A DNA stretch of 64,000 nt from Myxococcota bacterium (GTDB taxonomy: Bacteria; Myxococcota_A; UBA9160; UBA6930), in contig OZ245002.1 in assembly GCA_965223415.1 (NCBI GenBank), positions 1,792,001-1,856,000 on the forward strand. The letters run 5' to 3'. Position 1 is the first letter of the stretch; every line of letters begins with the position of its first letter. A model generated the notes under the pieces. The model did not search any database. It had not been told where the DNA came from and saw only the letters and a program-made list of their open reading frames with translations. Below are positions 28,494 through 38,985 of the stretch, piece after piece. The position numbers were made by a program, and so were the translations under genes.

Positions 28494-29264
28494 ATGACGG
28501 AAGCGAGGAACCTCTTCGACCTCGACGGCAAGGTCGCGCTGATCACCGGCGGGACCCGCGGGCTCGGCCGGGCCATGGCCCAGGGCCTGGCCCGTGCGGG
28601 CGCGGCCGTGGCGGTGAACGGGCGCAAGCCGGACGCCTGCGAGCAGGCCGCCCGCGAGCTGGCCCGGGAGACCGGCGGCCAGGTGATCGGCGCCCCGGCC
28701 CACGTGGGCCAGTGGGACGGGCTCGAGCCCCTCGTCGACGACGTCGTCGCCCGACTCGGCCGCATCGACGTGCTGATCAACAACGCCGGCATCAATCCCC
28801 GGACGATGCCGATCGCCGAGATGACCGAGGCCTACTTCGACAAGCTCTGGTCGGTGAACGTCAAGGGCCCGATGCGGCTCTCGGCGCTGGTCGCACCGCG
28901 CATGCGGGAGACCGGCGGCGGCAGCATCGTCAACGTGATCACCGTCGGCGCCTACATCGGCGGCGCCGGCATGGCCGCCTACACCTCGGGCAAGGCGGCC
29001 CTGCGCAACCTCACCAAGGTGATGGCCCAGGAGTGGGCGCCCTGGAACGTGCGGGTGAACGCGCTGGCCCCGGGCTCGTTCATGACCGACATGATGAAGG
29101 GCGCCGCCGAGATGCCCGGCTTCCTCGAGGGCGCCGCGAGCTTGAGCTTCCAGAACCGCATCGCCGACCCGGACGAGATCATCGGCACCGCCCTCTACCT
29201 CGCCAGCGACGCCTCGAGCTTCACGACCGGCACGGTGGTCTCCGTCACCGGCGGCGTATCCTAG
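28494..29264 (+). CDS. SDR oxidoreductase
   Basis: TGGTRGLG, NNAG, YTSGK. Confidence 0.9.
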   Translation: MTEARNLFDLDGKVALITGGTRGLGRAMAQGLARAGAAVAVNGRKPDACEQAARELARETGGQVIGAPAHVGQWDGLEPLVDDVVARLGRIDVLINNAGINPRTMPIAEMTEAYFDKLWSVNVKGPMRLSALVAPRMRETGGGSIVNVITVGAYIGGAGMAAYTSGKAALRNLTKVMAQEWAPWNVRVNALAPGSFMTDMMKGAAEMPGFLEGAASLSFQNRIADPDEIIGTALYLASDASSFTTGTVVSVTGGVS

Positions 29265-29271
29265 GGCTCGG

Positions 29272-30462
29272 CTAGGCGGGGAGCCCCTGCTCGAGCATGC
29301 GCAGCGCCACCGCCGCGTGGATCGCGGTGCCGTACACCATGCCCTCCTCGTCGAGCATCATCCGGTTCGAGTGGCACGGCGCGGGCGGTCCCTCGCCCTG
29401 TGGACGCACGCCGAGAAAGCCCATCGCGCCGGGAACGAGGTTCAGGACGTAGGAGAAATCCTCGGCGCCCATCACCGGCTGCGGCATCTCGAGGGCGCGG
29501 AGGCCGCGCACCTCGCCGGCCGCGTCGAGCATCGTGCGCACGGCGCGGGGGTCGTTCGAGGTGACCGGATAGCCCTGGATCAGCTGGACGTCGGCCTCGG
29601 TCTCGTGAGCGCGGGCCACGTGCTCCGCCACGCGGAGGATGCCCTCCTGAGCCGCCTCGCGGGAGCTCTCCGACAGCGCCCGCAGGGTTCCCGTGAGGGT
29701 CGCGATCTCGGGGATGACGTTGTTGGTCGTTCCCGCCTCGATCTTCGAAACGGTCAACACCACCGGATCGACCGCCGGGATGCGCCGGGTAACGAAGCTC
29801 TGCAGCGCCTGCACGATCTCGCAGGCCACGGGGATCGGGTCGACGCAGTCATGGGGCATCGAAGCGTGGCCGCCGCGGCCGCGCACGGCGATCTGGAAGA
29901 AGTCCGCCGACGCGAGCAGCGCGCCGACTCGCGTGCCGAGGGTGCCCGGCGGCAGCAGCGGCGTGATGTGCAGGGCGAAGGCTGCGTCGCAGCCCTCGAC
30001 CGCGCCCTCTTCGATCATCGAGCGGGCGCCATGGAAGCCCTCCTCGCCGGGCTGGAACATGAACACGACCTCGCCCTCGAGGGCGTCCTGCCGAGCGGAG
30101 AGCACGCGTGCCGCGCCGGCGAGCATGGCCGTGTGGGCGTCGTGGCCGCAGGCGTGCATGGCGCCCTCCCTGCGTGAGCGGAACGGGAGGTCCGTGTCCT
30201 CGGGCATGGGCAGGGCGTCCATGTCGCCGCGCAGGAGGACCCGGCGTCCGGGCCGCGCGCCGCGCAGGGTGGCCACGATGCCGCTGGTCTTCTCGTGGAG
30301 GGCGATCTCGAGCGGAAGCCCTTCGAGGCTCGCGAGCACCTTCTCCCGGGTCGCGGGGAGCTCGAGCCCCAGCTCCGGCTCGGCGTGGATGCGCCGGCGG
30401 AGGTCGACCACCTCGGGCTGGATCTCGCGGGCGGCTTCGAGTAGCGAATCGCTTCGGTTCAT
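29272..30462 (-). CDS. M20 family amidohydrolase (hippurate hydrolase-like)
   Basis: RGDMDALP, MHACGHDAH, FQPGEEG, GRGGHAS, GAEDFS. Confidence 0.93.
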   Translation of the reverse strand: MNRSDSLLEAAREIQPEVVDLRRRIHAEPELGLELPATREKVLASLEGLPLEIALHEKTSGIVATLRGARPGRRVLLRGDMDALPMPEDTDLPFRSRREGAMHACGHDAHTAMLAGAARVLSARQDALEGEVVFMFQPGEEGFHGARSMIEEGAVEGCDAAFALHITPLLPPGTLGTRVGALLASADFFQIAVRGRGGHASMPHDCVDPIPVACEIVQALQSFVTRRIPAVDPVVLTVSKIEAGTTNNVIPEIATLTGTLRALSESSREAAQEGILRVAEHVARAHETEADVQLIQGYPVTSNDPRAVRTMLDAAGEVRGLRALEMPQPVMGAEDFSYVLNLVPGAMGFLGVRPQGEGPPAPCHSNRMMLDEEGMVYGTAIHAAVALRMLEQGLPA

Positions 30463-30542
30463 TCGGGCATGGTGCCAACTTCCGGCCGGCGCCCGCCAGC
30501 TTTCGGCTGGCGAAGCGCTGCGGAAGCGGGGAGGATGGCGGC

Positions 30543-32054
30543 ATGCAGCCTCTCGCCAGCGTCGTCGATGGCCACGCCCGCGAGCGCCCGGCCGCGGCGG
30601 CCTTCCTGTGGGAGGGCGAGTCCCTCGCTTGGCGCGACTACGCCCGGCGCTCGGACCGCTTCGCGGCCCACCTCCTGGAGCTCGGCCTCGAGGCCGGGGA
30701 TCGGGTGGGCGTCATGCTCCCGGACGGGCCCGGCGTGCACACGGCCTTCCTCGGCTGCGAGAAGGCCGGCCTCGTGGTGATGGGCATCGGGCCCCGCGCC
30801 GGCCCCGAGGAGGTCCGGCACCTGCTCGGCCGCTCCGGCGCGCGCGCCTTCGCGGCCCAGCCGGAGCGCGCCGCCCTCGCGGAGGAAGCGGGCATCCCGC
30901 ACTTCGTTCCGGTTCCGGGCCAGCTCGAGGACCTCTCGGAGCCGACCACGGCCCCGGATCCGAGCCGCCGCCTCGGCCCGGACGATCTCTTCCTGTTGAA
31001 CTCCACCTCCGGAACGACGGGGCTACCCAAGTGCGTCACCCATCATCAGGCCCGCTGGCTCCACTTCCACGAGCTGGCCGTGGAGGCGGGCGAGATGACC
31101 GGGGACGACGTGTTCATGAGCGTCCTGCCGGCGCCCTTCGGCTTCGGGCTGTGGACCGCACACTTCACGCCGACCCTGCTCGGCGCCCCCACCGTGCTGA
31201 TGGAGCGCTTCGACGCGGCGGGGATGATCCGCGCCATCGAGACCCATCGGGTGAGCGTCCTCGCAGCCGTGAGCACCCAGTTCATCATGATGCTGAACGA
31301 GCCGGCCCTCGCGAAAGCCGATCTTTCCTCTCTGCGCGCGCTCTTCACGGGCGGCGAGGCCGTGCCCTACGAGCGGGCGGCCGAGTTCGAGGAGCGCACC
31401 GGCGCCTCGGTCCTGCAGTTCTACGGCTCCAACGAGACGGGTGCCTTGTGCCGAACCTCGACCAGGGACACGCGGGAGAAGCGCCTGCGCACGGCGGGAC
31501 GCCTGATCGAGAGCATGCAGGTGCGCCTCTACGACGACGCGGGGAACGACGTGACCGCGAGCGGAGAAGGCCAGCCGGCCTGCCGCGGACCGCTCACGAG
31601 CCGCGGCTACTACGGAGACGACGACGCCAACGCGAAGCTCTTCACCGCTGACGGCTGGATGCTCACCGGCGACATCGCCCGCATCGACGCCGACGGCTAC
31701 CTGAGCGTGATCGGTCGCACCGCGGACTTCATCATCCGCGGCGGCAAGAACATCAGCGGTCCGGCCGTGGAGGACGCGGTGGCGCGCCACCCGGCGGTCG
31801 CCCTCGCCGCGGCCGTGGCCATGCCCGATCCGGTGTTCGGTGAGCGCGTGTGCGCCTATGTGGAGCTCAAGGACGGCGCGCCCGGGCTCGACTTGCCGGC
31901 GCTGTGCACCCACCTCGAGACGCGAGGCGTCAGCAAGGAGTGGTTTCCGGAGCGGCTGGTCGTGCTCCCGAGCCTGCCTCGGGCTTCCGGGGGAAAGATC
32001 GCCAAGGGCGAGCTGCGCGCCGACATCCGGCGGCGCGTGGAGGAGGAGACATGA
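30543..32054 (+). CDS. Acyl-CoA synthetase (AMP-binding family)
   Basis: STSGTTGLPK, YGSNE, TGDIARID, IIRGGKNI, RASGGKIAK. Confidence 0.9.
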   Translation: MQPLASVVDGHARERPAAAAFLWEGESLAWRDYARRSDRFAAHLLELGLEAGDRVGVMLPDGPGVHTAFLGCEKAGLVVMGIGPRAGPEEVRHLLGRSGARAFAAQPERAALAEEAGIPHFVPVPGQLEDLSEPTTAPDPSRRLGPDDLFLLNSTSGTTGLPKCVTHHQARWLHFHELAVEAGEMTGDDVFMSVLPAPFGFGLWTAHFTPTLLGAPTVLMERFDAAGMIRAIETHRVSVLAAVSTQFIMMLNEPALAKADLSSLRALFTGGEAVPYERAAEFEERTGASVLQFYGSNETGALCRTSTRDTREKRLRTAGRLIESMQVRLYDDAGNDVTASGEGQPACRGPLTSRGYYGDDDANAKLFTADGWMLTGDIARIDADGYLSVIGRTADFIIRGGKNISGPAVEDAVARHPAVALAAAVAMPDPVFGERVCAYVELKDGAPGLDLPALCTHLETRGVSKEWFPERLVVLPSLPRASGGKIAKGELRADIRRRVEEET

Positions 32055-34072
32055 TGCGGAGGATCGTGCCGTTGGCGCTCGCGGCAGCGGCGATGAGCGG
32101 CTGCCTGACATGGATCCTCCGGCCCGGTGCCGATGCCTGGGACCCGCCCCCGGCGCCCGCCACCGCCCGGGAGATCACGCCGCGGGAGCGTTGCGCCCAG
32201 CGCACGCCGCTCCGCCGCGCGCTGTTCGGCGACCTGCACGTGCACACGTCCTACTCGATGGACGCGCGCTCCCGCGACATGCTGGGCACGCCGGAGGACG
32301 CCTACCGCTTCGCCCGCGGCGAGCCGATCGGCCTCGGCCCCTTCGACGAGCAGGGGCGCGGCACGCGCACCGCCCGGCTCGAGCGCCCCCTCGACTTCGC
32401 CGCGGTGACCGACCACGCGGAGTGGATCGCCGAGGTCACCCTCTGCACGACGCCCGGCTCGCCCGCGTTCGAGAGCGAACGCTGCCGTGGCTACCGCGGC
32501 GAGGCCCCGGTTCCCGCGCCGATCCCCGGCGTCCCCAGCAGCCGCATGATCGCCCTGATCGGCGCGTTCGGGCGCCCCGGAGAGCTATGTGGCCCGGGTG
32601 ACGCGTGGTGCCGCGAGACCCTCGCCTCCGCCTGGCAGGCGATCCAGCAGGCAACCGAGCGCTTCCACGATCGCAGCGCCGCTTGCAGCTTCACCACCTT
32701 CCACGGCTGGGAGTACAGCAACTCGCCGGGGCGCTCGAAGGTCCATCGTAACGTGATCTTCCGCAACGAGATGGTGCCGGAGCTGCCGGTCTCGTCCCTC
32801 GAGGAGCCGGACCCGGTCGGCCTGTGGGAGCGCCTCGACGCCTTGTGCAACGAGACCGGCAGTGGGTGCCAGGCGATCGCCATCCCCCACAACCCGAATC
32901 TCTCGAACGGCCGCATGTTCACCGTGCGCTACCGGGACGAGCCGGAGGACGAGCAGCGCCGGCAGGCGGCCCTGCGCGCGCGGCTCGAGCCCGTCGTCGA
33001 GATGATGCAGGTGAAGGGCGAGTCCGAGTGCAAGAACGGGCTCTTCCAGGTCGCCGGTGAGGACGAGCTGTGCGACTTCGAGAAGGTGCGGGGCCCGGGG
33101 CGCCTCTTCCCGGATTGCGAGGAGGAGTTCGGTACCGGTGCGATTGCCGGCCGCGGCTGCGAATCCCGGCTGGACTTCGTCCGCTACGCGCTCATCGAGG
33201 GCATCCGGGAAGAGCAGCGAATCGGCGTGAACCCCTACCGCTTCGGCTTCGTCGGCAGCACCGACACCCACAACGCCACGCCCGGAGACGTGGAGGAGAG
33301 GAGCTTCCAGGGCTGCTGTGCGAACAAGGACTCCACCGCGGAAGCCCGTCTCGACCCGACTGCGGACTTCGCGGGAAGGTCCCGGGTCCATCGCAACCCC
33401 GGCGGCCTGATGGGCGTCTGGGCCGAGGAGAACTCGCGAGAAGCGCTGTTCGACGCCATCCAGCGGCGGGAGACCTTCGCGACCAGCGGCCCGCGCATCG
33501 CGCCGCGCTTCTTCGCAGCCTGGGACCTGCCGGCGGACGCCTGCGATGCGCCGGATCCGGCGCGCGTCGGGGCCGGGGCAGGCATCGCCATGGGGAGCGT
33601 CCTGCCGGAGCGCCCGCCGGACGCCGGCGCGCCGGCCTTCCTCGTCTCGGCCTTGCGGGATCCGGGCACCCGGGAGCTCCCCGGGGGCGCGTTGCAACGC
33701 TTGCAGATCGTGAAGGTCTGGCTCGGTGACGATGGGCGCTTCCACCAGACGGTGCACGACGTGGCCGGGGGACCGAACGGGGCGGGCGTGGACACGGGCA
33801 CCTGCGAGCCGCGCGGCGCGGGCCACGACGCCCTGTGCGCGGTCTGGTCGGATCCGGGCTTCGAGCCGGCCCGGGACGCGGCCTACTACCTGCGCGTCGT
33901 GGAGAACCCGAGCTGTCGCTGGAGCTGGCGAGCGTGCCTGGCCCTGCCCGAGGGCCAGCGGCCTTCCACCTGCAGCGACCCGGAGGTCCCCCGGACGATC
34001 CAGGAGCGCGCCTGGACCTCGCCGGTCTGGTACCGCGCAACCGATCCGGCTCCGGTGGGTTTCATCCGCTGA
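32051..34072 (+). CDS. DUF3604 family exported (lipo)protein
   Basis: Lipobox-like AMSGC; FGDLHVHTSYSMDA, LDFAAVTDHAE, IPHNPNLSNG, GSTDTH, IQERAWTSP. Confidence 0.85.
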   Translation: MMRRIVPLALAAAAMSGCLTWILRPGADAWDPPPAPATAREITPRERCAQRTPLRRALFGDLHVHTSYSMDARSRDMLGTPEDAYRFARGEPIGLGPFDEQGRGTRTARLERPLDFAAVTDHAEWIAEVTLCTTPGSPAFESERCRGYRGEAPVPAPIPGVPSSRMIALIGAFGRPGELCGPGDAWCRETLASAWQAIQQATERFHDRSAACSFTTFHGWEYSNSPGRSKVHRNVIFRNEMVPELPVSSLEEPDPVGLWERLDALCNETGSGCQAIAIPHNPNLSNGRMFTVRYRDEPEDEQRRQAALRARLEPVVEMMQVKGESECKNGLFQVAGEDELCDFEKVRGPGRLFPDCEEEFGTGAIAGRGCESRLDFVRYALIEGIREEQRIGVNPYRFGFVGSTDTHNATPGDVEERSFQGCCANKDSTAEARLDPTADFAGRSRVHRNPGGLMGVWAEENSREALFDAIQRRETFATSGPRIAPRFFAAWDLPADACDAPDPARVGAGAGIAMGSVLPERPPDAGAPAFLVSALRDPGTRELPGGALQRLQIVKVWLGDDGRFHQTVHDVAGGPNGAGVDTGTCEPRGAGHDALCAVWSDPGFEPARDAAYYLRVVENPSCRWSWRACLALPEGQRPSTCSDPEVPRTIQERAWTSPVWYRATDPAPVGFIR

Positions 34073-34093
34073 ACCCGACGGAGAGCCTCACCG

Positions 34094-34306
34094 ATGCGCA
34101 AGTCCATCCCGATCGTCCTGCTGATGCTGCTCGCCCTGCCGGCGAGTGCGTGCGCCCACAGGCACCATCATCACGGGCCGAAGCCCAAGAAGGTCGTGGT
34201 GCTGGACCGCGAGCACCATGACACGAAGATCCTCATCATGCACAAGAAGCCGGCGCGGCATCGCCACTGCTGGAAGCACGCCGGCCACTGGCACTGCCGG
34301 CGCTGA
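34094..34306 (+). CDS. Small His-rich secreted protein/lipoprotein
   Basis: Signal peptide ending ASAC; 13 His in 70 aa; GGAGAG RBS-like upstream. Confidence 0.65.
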   Translation: MRKSIPIVLLMLLALPASACAHRHHHHGPKPKKVVVLDREHHDTKILIMHKKPARHRHCWKHAGHWHCRR

Positions 34307-34343
34307 GTCGCGTATTCTGGCGCGCCCCCCAAGGAGGCCCGCC

Positions 34344-34658
34344 GTGTCCGACGTCCCCGTCTACATGATCGCCAATCTCGTCGTCGAGGATGCGGACCGC
34401 TACCGCGAGTATGAGAAGGGCTTCTTCCCCATCCTCAAGAAGCACGGGGGCTCGTTCCATACCTTCGACGACGCGATCGTCACCCTCGAGGGCAATGCCC
34501 CGCCCGAGGGCCGCATGGTGATCTTCCAGTTCCCGAGCGAGGCCGCCGCCCGCGCCTGGTACGACGATCCCGACTACCAGGCCCTCTCCGAGCACCGCCG
34601 CGCCGGCACCCGGCTCGCCCACCTGACCATGGTCCACGGCCTCCCGCCGCGGGGCTAG
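34344..34658 (+). CDS. DUF1330 family protein
   Basis: AAGGAGG RBS; YMIANL...LEG...RMVIFQFPS..AARAWYDDPDYQ. Confidence 0.85.
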   Translation: MSDVPVYMIANLVVEDADRYREYEKGFFPILKKHGGSFHTFDDAIVTLEGNAPPEGRMVIFQFPSEAAARAWYDDPDYQALSEHRRAGTRLAHLTMVHGLPPRG

Positions 34659-36886
34659 GCCGGAGCGAGCTCGATGGGGATGCCGTTCAGGACGGCGTTG
34701 CCCGAGAGCGTGTCGAGGGCGGTCTCGTCGGTGAGGCGGTTGGAGTTGACGCCGGGCTGGCGCTCGGCGGCGACGCGGAGCCTGGCGCCGGGGACGTCGT
34801 GGCCGAAGCCGTGGGGCAGGCTCACGACGCCGGGGCGCATGTCGTCGCTGAGCTCCACCGGCGCGATCACCTCGCCCACCCGCGAACGGATGCACGCCTT
34901 GCCTCCGGCGACCAGACCATGACGGGTCGCGTCGTCCGGGTGGACGAGCAGGGTGCAGCGGGGCTTGCCCTTGGCGAGGGCGGGGACGTTGTGCATCCAC
35001 GAGTTGTTGGTGCGGACCTGCCGCCGGCCAATCAGCACCATCGACGTCGGAGCGCGATCCAATGCCTCGCGCAGGCGCGCCACGTCCTCCACCAGGAGCT
35101 CCGGGGCCAGCTCGACGTTCCCGCTCTCCGTGGCGAGGATCGACGGTAGGCGCGACTCCATCGGGCCGAGGTCCACGCCGTGCGCGGCGGCAACGAGCGC
35201 GTCCAGGGACAGGCCCGGTCCCTCCTCCCGAAAGCGGTCGCCGAACCGGCCGGCCCGGAGCATCAGGTCGAGCATCCTCTCGGGACCCTCGTGCTTCGCG
35301 AGCCGCTCGCGCGCCTCCGGCTCGCCCGTGCCCTCACAGGCCGTGCCGGGGCCCACGGTGGCCTTCAGGAGACCGGAGAGCAGGAGCTCCTCGACCGCCT
35401 GGCGATCGGCGCCGTTCACCCGCCCCGCGATCTCCAGCGCGACGTCCCAAAGGGGACGAACTCCGGGCGGCGGCTCCAGTACGGCGGGCGACCACTTCGC
35501 GTGCTGCCGCACCGACATGCCGTGGAAGACCATGTCGTAGTTCGTGCGCTCCAGGGGCGCGGTGGTCGGTAGGATGACGTCGGCGTGGCGAGTGGTCTCG
35601 TTGACGTAGAGGTCGATCGAGACCATGAAGTCGAGCTGCTCGAGCGCCTGGTCGAGCCGTCCCGCGTTGGGCGTCGAGCAGACCGGGTTGCCGGCGACGG
35701 TCATGAGCGCGCGCACCCGCTCCTCGCCGGGCGTGTCGATCTCCTCGGCGAGCGCCGCTACCGGCAGCTCGCCGAAGAACTCGGGCAGGCCGCGAACGCG
35801 GCTGCGCCAGCGCCCGCGCGGAACGTGTCCGCGACGGCGGGGCTCGGGATCGGCGGCCTCGTGAGCGGTCCAGGGGAACATCGCGCCGCCCGGGCGATCC
35901 AAGTTGCCCGTCAGCGCGTTCACCACGTCGACGAGCCAGCTCGCGAGCGCACCGAACTCCTGGGTGCAGGTGCCAATGCGGCCGTAGCACACGGCGCTCG
36001 GCGCCGCGGCCAAGCTCCGGGCCAGGCGCCGGATCGCCGGGGCCTCGAGGCCCGTGGCCCGGGCCACGGCTTCCGGCGAGAACTCCCTCGCCAGGTCGCC
36101 CACCGCGTCCACGCCGTTCGTGAAGCCGGCGAGGCGACCCAGGTCGACCAGACCATCTTCGAAGAGCACGTGCACCAGGGCGAAGAGGAGCAGGGCGTCG
36201 GTCCCCGGTCGTATGGCGAGATGCTCGTCGGCGATCCGCGCCGTCTCGCTGCGTCGGGGATCGACGACCACCAGGCGCCCGCCCCGCTCCCGGAGCTCGC
36301 GAAGCCGCCGCCGCATGTCCGGCGCCGTCATCAGACTGCCGTTCGAGGCGAGCGGGTTGGCGCCCAGCACCAGCATGAAGTCGGTGCGGTCGACGTCGGG
36401 AATCGGAAAGGCGGTCATCGAGCCGAAGAGCAGGCAGCTCGAGACGTGCTTCGGCAGCTGGTCGACGCTCGTCGCCGAGAAGCGCCACTTCGTGCCGAGG
36501 GCCCGGAGGAGCGGCGCCACCGAGAGGTTCGAGGCGAAGTCGTGGGCATTCGGATTGCCGAGGTAGGTGGCAATGGCGTTCGCACCGTGCTGCTCGCGGA
36601 TCTCGCCGAGGCGACCGACGACGAGATCGAGGGCCTCGTCCCAGCCGATCTCCACGAACTCGCCACCGACCTTCCTCACCGGCGCGCGCAGACGATCCGG
36701 GTCCTCCGAGAGCGCGCGGAGCCCCACGGCTTTGGGGCAGACGTAGCCCCGGCTGAGGGCGTCGTGCTCGTCGCCGCGGATGTCTGTCACCCGGTTCGCG
36801 GCGCGGTCCACCGTCACCGCCACGCCGCAGTGGGCCTCGCAGAGGTTGCAGCTCCGGTAGACGACGTCGTATCCGTTCTCGGCCAT
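34655..36886 (-). CDS. Molybdopterin-dependent oxidoreductase (cytoplasmic, 4Fe-4S)
   Basis: CNLCEAHCG...CPK, GANPLASNGS, GNLDRPGG, C-terminal molydop-binding NNSWMHN, PGVVSLPHG. Confidence 0.92.
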   Translation of the reverse strand: MAENGYDVVYRSCNLCEAHCGVAVTVDRAANRVTDIRGDEHDALSRGYVCPKAVGLRALSEDPDRLRAPVRKVGGEFVEIGWDEALDLVVGRLGEIREQHGANAIATYLGNPNAHDFASNLSVAPLLRALGTKWRFSATSVDQLPKHVSSCLLFGSMTAFPIPDVDRTDFMLVLGANPLASNGSLMTAPDMRRRLRELRERGGRLVVVDPRRSETARIADEHLAIRPGTDALLLFALVHVLFEDGLVDLGRLAGFTNGVDAVGDLAREFSPEAVARATGLEAPAIRRLARSLAAAPSAVCYGRIGTCTQEFGALASWLVDVVNALTGNLDRPGGAMFPWTAHEAADPEPRRRGHVPRGRWRSRVRGLPEFFGELPVAALAEEIDTPGEERVRALMTVAGNPVCSTPNAGRLDQALEQLDFMVSIDLYVNETTRHADVILPTTAPLERTNYDMVFHGMSVRQHAKWSPAVLEPPPGVRPLWDVALEIAGRVNGADRQAVEELLLSGLLKATVGPGTACEGTGEPEARERLAKHEGPERMLDLMLRAGRFGDRFREEGPGLSLDALVAAAHGVDLGPMESRLPSILATESGNVELAPELLVEDVARLREALDRAPTSMVLIGRRQVRTNNSWMHNVPALAKGKPRCTLLVHPDDATRHGLVAGGKACIRSRVGEVIAPVELSDDMRPGVVSLPHGFGHDVPGARLRVAAERQPGVNSNRLTDETALDTLSGNAVLNGIPIELAPA

Positions 36887-36905
36887 GGCGTGACGCTAGC
36901 CCGCT

Positions 36906-38981
36906 TCAGCGGAGGCGGCCCTCTTCGAGCAGGCGTTGCATCCGCTTCGTGAGCCGGTCGCCGAAGGTGCTGGCACGCACCACGCGCCCGACGGCCCCGC
37001 TCAAGTTGAGCGTGAGGTCGACGGGCCGCCCGCCTTCGAGGGCGGGGTTGCGGCCTCGGAGCCGAAGCGTCACCTCCATCTCGCCTTCGACCGCGCCGTG
37101 GACGCGCACCGTCAGCTCCTCGTAGTGGAAGTCTTCGAGAGCCTGCAGGACGATCTCGCCGGAGGGGCCGGCGGCCAGGAGGTGGGCCGGAGGCGTTGGC
37201 GGGCGGTAGCGGATCCGGCCTCCGGGTGGCGCAGTGAGGCGCGCGCGCTGGACGTGCAGACCATCGGCGGCGAGGACCACGGGAATCGAGCCCGCGAGCG
37301 TGCCGGTCACCGAGAGATCGGAGACCTCGGCGATCGCCGCCAGGCTCGCGAGGTCCGCATCCTCGAGCCGGAGCTGGAAGTGCTGCTCTTCCTGGGCGAG
37401 GTCGACCAGGCCTTCGGCCCGGACGACGCCGCCGGCGAACTGGCCGCGCGCGCTCTCGACCCTCACCCGCGCTCCCGGACCGACGGCGAAGTCCAGGATG
37501 CCTTCGGTGATCGGCAGGGCGGCGTCGACCCGTGCGGCGCGCAGCCGTTGGCCGGCGGGCGTGCGCAGCGCGAGAGCATCGTCGAAGTGGACCGTCCCTT
37601 CGACGCCGGTGAACGGGAGGCCGTCGAGGGAGAAGGCCAGCTCGCGCAGCTCGAGGTCGAGCTCGGCGCCGAGCCCCTCGTCGGACCAACGCAGGGTGCC
37701 GCGCGCCTCCGCCGCACCGCGGACGTCCTCGAAGAGGTCCGCGAGGAGCGGGGTCACGTCGTCTGGCTGGAGACCGTCCGGTGCGAACCTCACCGGCGCG
37801 GAGGAGAACCGGGCGGAGCCGCGGCCCTCCTCCTGGAGGTGCTCCCCCGTCAGCGTCACATCGAGGCGGCTCCCACGAACCTGGGCCTCGATGGGAACCG
37901 GGTCGGCGAAGGGCAGCGCCACGGCGTCGACGCGAAGCGGGTGGAACGCCGGCGGGTCGGCCCGATGGGCGACCCGGTCGACGTGCAAGGTGAGGCGCTG
38001 CTCGCCCTCGGAGCCGAAGCCGAGCTCGAGGCCCGAGAGCGCGACCTCGACCTCGGGCAGCAGCACCGATCCGCCGGTGCTCGCGAGCGCGAAGCCGGGT
38101 GCGTCGGTCTCGCCGTCGAAACGCAGGCGAAGCTCCGGGCTCTCGCCCGTCACCAGGGGCGCTCCCTGCCGCTGCAGCGTGAACGGAAGGGACGCCACGC
38201 GCAGGAGCCCGCCGACACCCGGCGGCTCGCTCCAGGCGACCGCGACCAGCGGCTCGTCTGCAGAGTCCACGCACCAGGGCCCCGCGCTCTCGAAGCGAAG
38301 CGCCCCGGGGAGCTCCAGGGCGTCGAAGCCGACTTCGATGCAGGGGCGGTCGTCCGGCAGGCGGAGAACGAGCTGTTCCCCGGTCGCGTCGATGCGCACG
38401 GCGATCGTCAGGCGACCGTTCGCGATTCGAACGTCGGGCGCGAGGAGGCCGTCCGCCGCGGCCTCCAGGCTCAGCTCGCCGCTGAATGCGCCCTGACTCC
38501 CGGCCACGAGCCGAGCCGAGACCGCGGCCCGCCGAGAGCCGAAGGGCGTCTCGATCAGGATCTGCGCCTCTTCGAGGTCGATGCGATCCGCGGGCAGAGC
38601 CGGCGGCCCGGCGGGACCCCCGCCCTCCGATTCGGGAGTGAGGTCGCCCAGGGAGAGTCCGCCTTCGTCGAGCGTCGCGCGGACGGTCGCGCCGGCGAGG
38701 CGAACGCTCTCGAGGCGGCCGGTGAGCAGCGCGGGAAGTCGGTAGGCGACCTCCACCTCCTCGACGCGCAGGTCCGGGCGCGCACCGATCCGCAGATCGC
38801 GCAGGACCAGGCCCCCCGGACCCACGCGGGCCACTCGGAGGTCGGCCTCGGCGAAGCCCGCGCCGCGCAAGGCTGTCAGGGCACCCCAGCGGACGACCTC
38901 GGGCAGGAACGCCAAGATGAGGAGGACGCCCGCGAGGAGCGCGACCGCGGCGGCCGCCAGGAGCGCCCTGCGGCCACCCAA
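36906..38981 (-). CDS. YdbH-like (AsmA-clan) intermembrane lipid transport protein
   Basis: N-terminal anchor, beta-strand-rich body, C-terminal ALEDFHYEEL...LRLRGRNP..GRPVDLTLNL typical of YdbH domains. Confidence 0.72.
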   Translation of the reverse strand: MGGRRALLAAAAVALLAGVLLILAFLPEVVRWGALTALRGAGFAEADLRVARVGPGGLVLRDLRIGARPDLRVEEVEVAYRLPALLTGRLESVRLAGATVRATLDEGGLSLGDLTPESEGGGPAGPPALPADRIDLEEAQILIETPFGSRRAAVSARLVAGSQGAFSGELSLEAAADGLLAPDVRIANGRLTIAVRIDATGEQLVLRLPDDRPCIEVGFDALELPGALRFESAGPWCVDSADEPLVAVAWSEPPGVGGLLRVASLPFTLQRQGAPLVTGESPELRLRFDGETDAPGFALASTGGSVLLPEVEVALSGLELGFGSEGEQRLTLHVDRVAHRADPPAFHPLRVDAVALPFADPVPIEAQVRGSRLDVTLTGEHLQEEGRGSARFSSAPVRFAPDGLQPDDVTPLLADLFEDVRGAAEARGTLRWSDEGLGAELDLELRELAFSLDGLPFTGVEGTVHFDDALALRTPAGQRLRAARVDAALPITEGILDFAVGPGARVRVESARGQFAGGVVRAEGLVDLAQEEQHFQLRLEDADLASLAAIAEVSDLSVTGTLAGSIPVVLAADGLHVQRARLTAPPGGRIRYRPPTPPAHLLAAGPSGEIVLQALEDFHYEELTVRVHGAVEGEMEVTLRLRGRNPALEGGRPVDLTLNLSGAVGRVVRASTFGDRLTKRMQRLLEEGRLR

Positions 38982-38985
38982 GGCC

